From contig OZ210885.1 in NCBI GenBank assembly GCA_964658305.1, positions 16,430,001 to 16,494,000 on the forward strand: 64,000 nucleotides of DNA. Reading direction: 5' to 3'. The position numbers and the translations under genes were made by a program. Numbering within the stretch: position 1 is the stretch's first letter; each line of letters opens with the position of its first letter. Positions 1 through 10,101 of the stretch are shown here, piece after piece. Origin of the DNA: Leptogorgia sarmentosa. Taxonomy: Eukaryota. The notes under the pieces are model-generated. The model saw nothing but the letters and a program-made list of their open reading frames with translations. It was not told where the DNA came from and did not search any database.

Positions 1-113
1 TTCTTTTGCTAAATGTTATTTAATGCCTATTTGTAAATATAATTCCTTTCAATTTCAACTTCAGGGTTTTGTTATTGTTACACGTTTAAAAAGTGTTACT
101 TCCATCAACAAAT

Positions 114-233
114 GTCTACGACGATACCAGTAGGAAAATACCGGTTCTTGTCTGATCACCGAAGTTAAGCGTAGGTGGGCAAAGTTAGTACTTGGATGGG
201 TGACTACCTGGGAATACTTTGTGTTGTAGACTT
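114..233 (+). rRNA. 5S rRNA gene, first complete copy (variant: C10G, C36T, C58G, C92T)
   Basis: Colinear with the array consensus and with canonical eukaryotic 5S motifs (GATCACCGAAGTTAAGC, GTTAGTACTTGGATGGG, CCTGGGAATAC). Confidence 0.9.
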
Positions 234-1214
234 GCTTCATTTTATTGTATGTGTGTTTGTAAATATAATTTCTTTCAATTTCAACTTCAGGGTTTTGTTA
301 TTGTTACACGTTTGAAAAGTGTAACTTCCATCAACAAATGTCTACGACCATACCAGTAGCAAAATACCGGTTCTCGTCTAATTACCGAAGTTAAGCCTAG
401 GTGGGCAAAGTTAGTACTTGGATAGCTGACCACCTGGGAATACTTTGTGTTGTAGACTTGCTTCATTTTATTGTATGTGTGTTTGTAAATAGGTTTGCTT
501 TCAATTTCAACTTCAGGGTTTTGTTATTGTTACACGTTTAAAAAGTGTTACTTCCATCAACAAATGTCTACGACCATACCAGTAGGAAAATACCGATTCT
601 CGTCTGATCACCGAAGTTAAGCCTAGGTGGGCAAAGTTAGTACTTGGATGGGTGACCACCTGGGAATACTTTGTGTTGTAGACTTCCTTCATTTTATTGT
701 ATGTGTGTTTGTAAATAAGTTTGCTTTCAATTTCAACTTCAGGGTTTTGTTATTGTTACACGTTTAAAAAGTGTAACTTCCATCAACAAATGTCTACGAC
801 CATACCAGTAGGAAAATACCGGTTCTTGTCTGATCACCGAAGTTAAGCGTAGGTGGGAAAAGTTAGTACTTGGATGGGTGACCACCTGGGAATACTTTGT
901 GTTGTAGATTTGCTTCATTTTATTGTATGTGTGTTTTTAAATAGGTTTGCTTTCAATTTCAACTTCAGGGTTTTGTTATTGTTACACGTTTAAAAAGTGT
1001 AACTTCCATCAACAAATGTCTACGACCATACCAGTAGGAAAATACCGGTTCTCGTCTGATCACTGAAGTTAGGCCTAGGTAGGCAAAGTTAGTACTTGGA
1101 TGGGTGACCACCTGGGAATACTTTGTGTTGTAGACTTGCTCCATTTTATTGTATGTGTGTTTGTAAATAGGTTTGCTTTCAATGTAAACTTCAGGGATTT
1201 TGTTATTGCTACAT

Positions 1215-1316
1215 CTGGAAATACTTTGTATTGTTGTTTTGCTAAATGTTATTTAATCCCTATTTGTAAATATAATTCCTTTCAATTTCAACTTCAGGGT
1301 TCTGTTATTGTTACAC
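1215..1316 (+). pseudogene. Relic in the long spacer: diverged copy of 5S nt 95-120 plus the following spacer (duplicate of 1112-1214), present in all ~64 long units
   Basis: CTGGAAATACTTTGTATTGTTGTTTTGCT aligns without gaps to CTGGGAATACTTTGTGTTGTAGACTTGCT. The alignment continues through TTTGTAAATA and TTTCAAT..AACTTCAGGG. Confidence 0.88.
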
Positions 1317-1761
1317 GTTTAAAAAGTGTAACTTCCATCAACAAATGCCTACGACCGTACGAGTAGGAAAATACCGGTTCTCGTCTGATCACCGAAGTTA
1401 AGCCTAGGTGGGTAAAGTTAGCAGTTGGATGGGTGACCACCTGGGAATACTTTGCGTTGTAGACTTGCTTCATTTTGTTGTATGTGTGTTTGTAAGTAGG
1501 TTTGCTTTCAATTTCAACTTCAGGGTTTTGTTATTGTTACACGTTTAAAAAGTGTAACTTCCATCAACAAATGTCTACGACCATACCAGTAGGAAAATAC
1601 CGGTTCTCGTCTGATCACCGAAGTTAAGCCTAGGTGGGCAAAGTTAGTACTTGGATGGGTGACTACCTGGGAATACTTTGTGTTGTAGACTTGCTTCATT
1701 TTATTGTTTGTGTGTTTGTAAATAGGTTTGCTTTCAATTTCAACTTCAGGGTTTTGTTATT

Positions 1762-1784
1762 GTTACACGTTTAAAAAGTGTAAC
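1762..1784 (+). promoter_or_regulatory. Upstream TATA-like element TTTAAAAA (-29..-22) inside the inverted repeat GTTACAC-N9-GTGTAAC (-37..-15), present in most units
   Basis: The position matches the -30/-25 AT-rich element known upstream of many metazoan 5S genes. The inverted repeat is read directly from the sequence. Confidence 0.6.
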
Positions 1785-1798
1785 TTCCATCAACAAAT

Positions 1799-1918
1799 GT
1801 CTACGACCATACCAGTAGGAAAATACCGGTTCTCGTCTGATCACCGAAGTTAAGCCTAGGTGGGCAAAGTTAGTACTTGGATGGGTGACCACCTGGGAAT
1901 ACTTTGTGTTGTAGACTT
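1799..1918 (+). rRNA. 5S rRNA gene, array-consensus copy (representative)
   Basis: Folds by hand into the 5S model. Helix I is GTCTACGAC/GTTGTAGAC, helix III is AC-CGGT/ACCG-GT with an AA bulge, helix V is CAAAG/CTTTG, loop E is TTAGTA/GAATA, and helix IV has an A83 bulge and a GTGA (GNRA) tetraloop. Confidence 0.96.
1848..1895 (+). promoter_or_regulatory. Pol III type-1 internal control region (box A +50..+64, intermediate element +67..+72, box C +80..+97), present in every unit
   Basis: AGTTAAGC at +50 and TGGATGGGTGACC at +80 match the position and sequence of the established TFIIIA/TFIIIC ICR of 5S genes. Confidence 0.85.
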
Positions 1919-1924
1919 GCTTCA

Positions 1925-1928
1925 TTTT
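1925..1928 (+). terminator. Pol III T4 terminator at +127..+130, present in nearly every unit
   Basis: It is the first run of four T after the gene end (GACTTGCTTCATTTT). A second T4 occurs in CAGGGTTTTG further into the spacer. Confidence 0.7.
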
Positions 1929-4900
1929 GTTGTATGTGTGTTTGTAAGTAGGTTTGCTTTCAATTTCAACTTCAGGGTTTTGTTATTGTTACACGTTTAA
2001 AAAGTGTAACTTCCATCAACAAATGTCTATGACCATACCAGTAGGAAAATACCGGTTCTCGTCTGATCACCGAAGTTAAGCCTAGGTGGGCAAAGTTAGT
2101 ACTTGGATGGGTGACTACCTGGGAATACTTTGTGTTGTAGACTTGCTTCATTTTATTGTATGTGTGTTTGTCAATAGGTTTGCTTTCAATTTCAACTTCA
2201 GGGTTTTGTTATTAATACACACGTTTAAAAAGTGTAACTTCCATCAACAAATGTCTACGACCATACCACTAGGAAAATACCGGTTCTCGTCTGATCACCG
2301 AAGTTAAGCGTAGGTGGGAAAAGTTAGTACTTGGATGGGTGACCACCTGGGAATACTTTGTGTTGTAGATTTGCTTCATTTTATTGTATGTGTGTTTTTA
2401 AATAGGTTTGCTTTCATTTTCAACTTCAGGGTTTTGTTATTGTTACACGTTTAAAAAGTGTAACTTCCATCAACAAATGTCTACGACCATACCAGTAGGA
2501 AAATACCGGTTCTCGTCTGATCACTGAAGTTAGGCCTAGGTAGGCAAAGTTAGTACTTGGATGGGTGACCACCTGGGAATACTTTGTGTTGTAGACTTGC
2601 TTCATTTTATTGTATGTGTGTTTGTAAATAGGTTTGCTTTCAATGTAAACTTCAGGGATTTTGTTATTGCTACATCTGGAAATACTTTGTATTGTTGTTT
2701 TGCTAAATGTTATTTAATCCCTATTTGTAAATATAATTCCTTTCAATTTCAACTTCAGGGTTCTGTTATTGTTACACGTTTAAAAAGTGTAACTTCCATC
2801 AACAAATGCCTACGACCGTACGAGTAGGAAAATACCGGTTCTCGTCTGATCACCGAAGTTAAGCCTAGGTGGGTAAAGTTAGCAGTTGGATGGGTGACCA
2901 CCTGGGAATACTTTGCGTTGTAGACTTGCTTCATTTTGTTGTATGTGTGTTTGTAAGTAGGTTTGCTTTCAATTTCAACTTCAGGGTTTTGTTATTGTTA
3001 CACGTTTAAAAAGTGTAACTTCCATCAACAAATGTCTACGACCATACCAGTAGGAAAATACCGGTTCTCGTCTGATCACCGAAGTTAAGCCTAGGTGGGC
3101 AAAGTTAGTACTTGGATGGGTGACTACCTGGGAATACTTTGTGTTGTAGACTTGCTTCATTTTATTGTTTGTGTGTTTGTAAATAGGTTTGCTTTCAATT
3201 TCAACTTCAGGGTTTTGTTATTGTTACACGTTTAAAAAGTGTAACTTCCATCAACAAATGTCTACGACCGTACGAGTAGGAAAATAGCGGTTCTCGTCAA
3301 TCACCGAAGTTAAGCGTAGGTGGGCAAAGTTAGTACTTGGATGGGTGACTACCTGGGAATACTTTGTGTTGTAGACTTGCTTCATTTTATTGTATGTGTG
3401 TTTGTAAATATAATTTCTTTCAATTTCAACTTCAGGGTTTTGTTATTGTTACACGTTTGAAAAGTGTAACTTCCATCAACAAATGTCTACGACCATACCA
3501 GTAGCAAAATACCGGTTCTCGTCTAATTACCGAAGTTAAGCCTAGGTGGGCAAAGTTAGTACTTGGATAGCTGACCACCTGGGAATACTTTGTGTTGTAG
3601 ACTTGCTTCATTTTATTGTATGTGTGTTTGTAAATAGGTTTGCTTTCAATTTCAACTTCAGGGTTTTGTTATTGTTACACGTTTAAAAAGTGTTACTTCC
3701 ATCAACAAATGTCTACGACCATACCAGTAGGAAAATACCGATTCTCGTCTGATCACCGAAGTTAAGCCTAGGTGGGCAAAGTTAGTACTTGGATGGGTGA
3801 CCACCTGGGAATACTTTGTGTTGTAGACTTCCTTCATTTTATTGTATGTGTGTTTGTAAATAAGTTTGCTTTCAATTTCAACTTCAGGGTTTTGTTATTG
3901 TTACACGTTTAAAAAGTGTAACTTCCATCAACAAATGTCTACGACCATACCAGTAGGAAAATACCGGTTCTTGTCTGATCACCGAAGTTAAGCGTAGGTG
4001 GGAAAAGTTAGTACTTGGATGGGTGACCACCTGGGAATACTTTGTGTTGTAGATTTGCTTCATTTTATTGTATGTGTGTTTTTAAATAGGTTTGCTTTCA
4101 ATTTCAACTTCAGGGTTTTGTTATTGTTACACGTTTAAAAAGTGTAACTTCCATCAACAAATGTCTACGACCATACCAGTAGGAAAATACCGGTTCTCGT
4201 CTGATCACTGAAGTTAGGCCTAGGTAGGCAAAGTTAGTACTTGGATGGGTGACCACCTGGGAATACTTTGTGTTGTAGACTTGCTCCATTTTATTGTATG
4301 TGTGTTTGTAAATAGGTTTGCTTTCAATGTAAACTTCAGGGATTTTGTTATTGCTACATCTGGAAATACTTTGTATTGTTGTTTTGCTAAATGTTATTTA
4401 ATCCCTATTTGTAAATATAATTCCTTTCAATTTCAACTTCAGGGTTCTGTTATTGTTACACGTTTAAAAAGTGTAACTTCCATCAACAAATGCCTACGAC
4501 CGTACGAGTAGGAAAATACCGGTTCTCGTCTGATCACCGAAGTTAAGCCTAGGTGGGTAAAGTTAGCAGTTGGATGGGTGACCACCTGGGAATACTTTGC
4601 GTTGTAGACTTGCTTCATTTTGTTGTATGTGTGTTTGTAAGTAGGTTTGCTTTCAATTTCAACTTCAGGGTTTTGTTATTGTTACACGTTTAAAAAGTGT
4701 AACTTCCATCAACAAATGTCTACGACCATACCAGTAGGAAAATACCGGTTCTCGTCTGATCACCGAAGTTAAGCCTAGGTGGGCAAAGTTAGTACTTGGA
4801 TGGGTGACTACCTGGGAATACTTTGTGTTGTAGACTTGCTTCATTTTATTGTTTGTGTGTTTGTAAATAGGTTTGCTTTCAATTTCAACTTCAGGGTTTT

Positions 4901-7900
4901 GTTATTGTTACACGTTTAAAAAGTGTAACTTCCATCAACAAATGTCTACGACCATACCAGTAGGAAAATACCGGTTCTCGTCTGATCACCGAAGTTAAGC
5001 CTAGGTGGGCAAAGTTAGTACTTGGATGGGTGACCACCTGGGAATACTTTGTGTTGTAGACTTGCTTCATTTTGTTGTATGTGTGTTTGTAAGTAGGTTT
5101 GCTTTCAATTTCAACTTCAGGGTTTTGTTATTGTTACACGTTTAAAAAGTGTAACTTCCATCAACAAATGTCTACGACCATACCAGTAGGAAAATACCGG
5201 TTCTCGTCTGATCACCGAAGTTAAGCCTAGGTGGGCAAAGTTAGTACTTGGATGGGTGACTACCTGGGAATACTTTGTGTTGTAGACTTGCTTCATTTTA
5301 TTGTATGTGTGTTTGTCAATAGGTTTGCTTTCAATTTCAACTTCAGGGTTTTGTTATTAATACACACGTTTAAAAAGTGTAACTTCCATCAACAAATGTC
5401 TACGACCATACCACTAGGAAAATACCGGTTCTCGTCTGATCACCGAAGTTAAGCGTAGGTGGGAAAAGTTAGTACTTGGATGGGTGACCACCTGGGAATA
5501 CTTTGTGTTGTAGATTTGCTTCATTTTATTGTATGTGTGTTTTTAAATAGGTTTGCTTTCATTTTCAACTTCAGGGTTTTGTTATTGTTACACGTTTAAA
5601 AAGTGTAACTTCCATCAACAAATGTCTACGACCATACCAGTAGGAAAATACCGGTTCTCGTCTGATCACTGAAGTTAGGCCTAGGTAGGCAAAGTTAGTA
5701 CTTGGATGGGTGACCACCTGGGAATACTTTGTGTTGTAGACTTGCTTCATTTTATTGTATGTGTGTTTGTAAATAGGTTTGCTTTCAATGTAAACTTCAG
5801 GGATTTTGTTATTGCTACATCTGGAAATACTTTGTATTGTTGTTTTGCTAAATGTTATTTAATCCCTATTTGTAAATATAATTCCTTTCAATTTCAACTT
5901 CAGGGTTCTGTTATTGTTACACGTTTAAAAAGTGTAACTTCCATCAACAAATGCCTACGACCGTACGAGTAGGAAAATACCGGTTCTCGTCTGATCACCG
6001 AAGTTAAGCCTAGGTGGGTAAAGTTAGCAGTTGGATGGGTGACCACCTGGGAATACTTTGCGTTGTAGACTTGCTTCATTTTGTTGTATGTGTGTTTGTA
6101 AGTAGGTTTGCTTTCAATTTCAACTTCAGGGTTTTGTTATTGTTACACGTTTAAAAAGTGTAACTTCCATCAACAAATGTCTACGACCATACCAGTAGGA
6201 AAATACCGGTTCTCGTCTGATCACCGAAGTTAAGCCTAGGTGGGCAAAGTTAGTACTTGGATGGGTGACTACCTGGGAATACTTTGTGTTGTAGACTTGC
6301 TTCATTTTATTGTTTGTGTGTTTGTAAATAGGTTTGCTTTCAATTTCAACTTCAGGGTTTTGTTATTGTTACACGTTTAAAAAGTGTAACTTCCATCAAC
6401 AAATGTCTACGACCGTACGAGTAGGAAAATAGCGGTTCTCGTCAATCACCGAAGTTAAGCCTAGGTGGGCAAAGTTAGTAGTTGGATGGGTGACCACCTG
6501 GGAATACTTTGTGTTGTAGCCTTGCTTCATTTTATTGTATGTGTGTTTGTAAATAGGTTTGCTTTCAATGTAAACTTCAGGGATTTTGTTATTGCTACAT
6601 CTGGAAATACTTTGTATTGTTGTTTTGCTAAATGTTATTTAATGCCTATTTGTAAATATAATTCCTTTCAATTTCAACTTCAGGGTTTTGTTATTGTTAC
6701 ACATTTAAAAAGTGTTACTTCCATCAACAAATGTCTACGACGATACCAGTAGGAAAATACCGGTTCTTGTCTGATCACCGAAGTTAAGCGTAGGTGGGCA
6801 AAGTTAGTACTTGGATGGGTGACTACCTGGGAATACTTTGTGTTGTAGACTTGCTTCATTTTATTGTATGTGTGTTTGTAAATATAATTCCTTTCAATTT
6901 CAACTTCAGGGTTTTGTTATTGTTACACGTTTGAAAAGTGTAACTTCCATCAACAAATGTCTACGACCATACCAGTAGCAAAATACCGGTTCTCGTCTAA
7001 TTACCGAAGTTAAGCCTAGGTGGGCAAAGTTAGTACTTGGATGGCTGACCACCTGGGAATACTTTGTGTTGTAGACTTGCTTCATTTTATTGTATGTGTG
7101 TTTGTAAATAGGTTTGCTTTCAATTTCAACTTCAGGGTTTTGTTATTGTTACACGTTTAAAAAGTGTTACTTCCATCAACAAATGTCTACGACCATACCA
7201 GTAGGAAAATACCGATTCTCGTCTGATCACCGAAGTTAAGCCTAGGTGGGCAAAGTTAGTACTTGGATGGGTGACCACCTGGGAATACTTTGTGTTGTAG
7301 ACTTCCTTCATTTTATTGTATGTGTGTTTGTAAATAGGTTTGCTTTCAATTTCAACTTCAGGGTTTTGTTATTGTTACACGTTTAAAAAGTGTAACTTCC
7401 ATCAACAAATGTCTACGACCATACCAGTAGGAAAATACCGGTTCTTGTCTGATCACCGAAGTTAAGCGTAGGTGGGAAAAGTTAGTACTTGGATGGGTGA
7501 CCACCTGGGAATACTTTGTGTTGTAGATTTGCTTCATTTTATTGTATGTGTGTTTTTAAATAGGTTTGCTTTCAATTTCAACTTCAGGGTTTTGTTATTG
7601 TTACACGTTTAAAAAGTGTAACTTCCATCAACAAATGTCTACGACCATACCAGTAGGAAAATACCGGTTCTCGTCTGATCACTGAAGTTAGGCCTAGGTA
7701 GGCAAAGTTAGTACTTGGATGGGTGACCACCTGGGAATACTTTGTGTTGTAGACTTGCTCCATTTTATTGTATGTGTGTTTGTAAATAGGTTTGCTTTCA
7801 ATGTAAACTTCAGGGATTTTGTTATTGCTACATCTGGAAATACTTTGTATTGTTGTTTTGCTAAATGTTATTTAATCCCTATTTGTAAATATAATTCCTT

Positions 7901-9981
7901 TCAATTTCAACTTCAGGGTTCTGTTATTGTTACACGTTTAAAAAGTGTAACTTCCATCAACAAATGCCTACGACCGTACGAGTAGGAAAATACCGGTTCT
8001 CGTCTGATCACCGAAGTTAAGCCTAGGTGGGTAAAGTTAGCAGTTGGATGGGTGACCACCTGGGAATACTTTGCGTTGTAGACTTGCTTCATTATGTTGT
8101 ATGTGTGTTTGTAAGTAGGTTTGCTTTCAATTTCAACTTCAGGGTTTTGTTATTGTTACACGTTTAAAAAGTGTAACTTCCATCAACAAATGTCTACGAC
8201 CATACCAGTAGGAAAATACCGGTTCTCGTCTGATCACCGAAGTTAAGCCTAGGTGGGCAAAGTTAGTACTTGGATGGGTGACTACCTGGGAATACTTTGT
8301 GTTGTAGACTTGCTTCATTTTATTGTTTGTGTGTTTGTAAATAGGTTTGCTTTCAATTTCAACTTCAGGGTTTTGTTATTGTTACACGTTTAAAAAGTGT
8401 AACTTCCATCAACAAATGTCTACGACCATACCAGTAGGAAAATACCGGTTCTCGTCTGATCACCGAAGTTAAGCCTAGGTGGGCAAAGTTAGTACTTGGA
8501 TGGGTGACCACCTGGGAATACTTTGTGTTGTAGACTTGCTTCATTTTGTTGTATGTGTGTTTGTAAGTAGGTTTGCTTTCAATTTCAACTTCAGGGTTTT
8601 GTTATTGTTACACGTTTAAAAAGTGTAACTTCCATCAACAAATGTCTACGACCATACCAGTAGGAAAATACCGGTTCTCGTCTGATCACCGAAGTTAAGC
8701 CTAGGTGGGCAAAGTTAGTACTTGGATGGGTGACTACCTGGGAATACTTTGTGTTGTAGACTTGCTTCATTTTATTGTATGTGTGTTTGTAAATAGGTTT
8801 GCTTTCAATTTCAACTTCAGGGTTTTGTTATTAATACACACGTTTAAAAAGTGTAACTTCCATCAACAAATGTCTACAACCATACCAGTAGGAAAATACC
8901 GGTTCTCGTCTGATCACCGAAGTTAGGCCTAGGTGGGAAAAGTTAGTACTTGGATGGGTGACCACCTGGGAATACTTTGTGTTGTAGATTTGCTTCATTT
9001 TATTGTATGTGTGTTTGTAAATAGGTTTGCTTTCAATTTCAACTTCAGGGATTTTGTTATTGCTACATCTGGAAATACTTTGTATTGTTGTTTTGCTAAA
9101 TGTTATTTAATGCCTATTTGTAAATATAATTCCTTTCAACTTCAACTTCAGGGTTTTGTTATTGTTACACGTTTAAAAAGTGTAACTTCCATCAACAAGT
9201 GTCTACAACCATACCAGTAGGAAAATACCGATTCTCGTCTGATCACCGAAGTTAAGCCTAGGTGGGCAAAGTTAGTAGTTGGATGGGTGACCACCTGGGA
9301 ATACTTTGTGTTGTAGACTTGCTTCATTTTGTTGTATGTGTGTTTGTAAGTAGGTTTGCTTTCAATTTCAACTTCAGGGTTTTGTTATTGTTACACGTTT
9401 AAAAAGTGTAACTTCCATCAATGAATGTCTACGACCATACCAGTAGGAAAATACCGGTTCTCGTCTGATCACCGAAGTTAGGCCTAGGTGGGAAAAGTTA
9501 GTACTTGGATGGGTGACCACCTGGGAATACTTTGTGTTGAAGACTTGCTTCATTTTATTGTATGTGTGTTTGTAAATAGGTTTGCTTTCAATTTCAACTT
9601 CAGGGATTTTGTTATTGCTACATCTGGAAATATTTTGTATTGTTGTTTTGCTAAATGTTATTTAATGCCTATTTGTAAATATAATTCCTTTCAACTTCAA
9701 CTTCAGGGTTTTATTATTGTTACACGTTTAAAAAGTGTAACTTCCATCAACAAGTGTCTACGACCATACCAGTAGGAAAATACCGGTTCTCGTCTGATCA
9801 CCGAAGTTAAGCCTAGGTGGGAAAAGTTAGTACTTGGATGGGTGACCACCTGGGAATACTTTGTGTTGTAGACTTGCTTCATTTTATTGTATGTGTGTTT
9901 GTAAATAGGTTTGCTTTCAATTTCAACTTCAGAGTTTTGTTATTGTTACACGTTTAAAAAGTGTAACTTCCATCAACAAAT

Positions 9982-10101
9982 GTCTACGACCATACCAGTA
10001 GGAAAATACCGGTTCTCGTCTGATCACCGAAGTTAAGCCTAGGTGGGCAAAGTTAGTACTTGGATGGGTGACCACCTGGGAATACTTTGTGTTGTAGACT
10101 T
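9982..10101 (+). rRNA. 5S rRNA gene, consensus copy followed by a long spacer
   Basis: Same sequence as 1799-1918 by eye. Confidence 0.94.

Larger units (their letters stand above)
160..8830 (+). repeat. Higher-order repeat, period 3145/3474 bp (13/14 units) with an internal 1461-bp (6-unit) sub-repeat
   Basis: Variant-marked units recur at 1018, 4163 and 7637 (offsets 3145, 3474), and at 1018/2479 and 4163/5624 (offset 1461). Boundaries are approximate. Confidence 0.85.

Noticed and set aside
1138..1346. tRNA, snRNA or spliced-leader gene linked in the long spacer
   Set aside because: I saw no cloverleaf, A/B boxes or recognisable snRNA/SL sequence. The extra DNA is fully explained as an internal duplication.
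1825..1890. Cluster of 6-7 bp palindromes (ACCGGT, TGATCA, CCTAGG, AGTACT, GGTGACC)
   Set aside because: They are mostly intrinsic to conserved 5S sequence. They are useful as restriction markers but are not a separate signal.
1799..1918. Assignment to a specific taxon (cnidarian-like)
   Set aside because: The motifs CCGGTTCTCGTC, GATCACCGAAGTTAAGC and GGGTGACC are shared by several invertebrate phyla, so a database search is needed.
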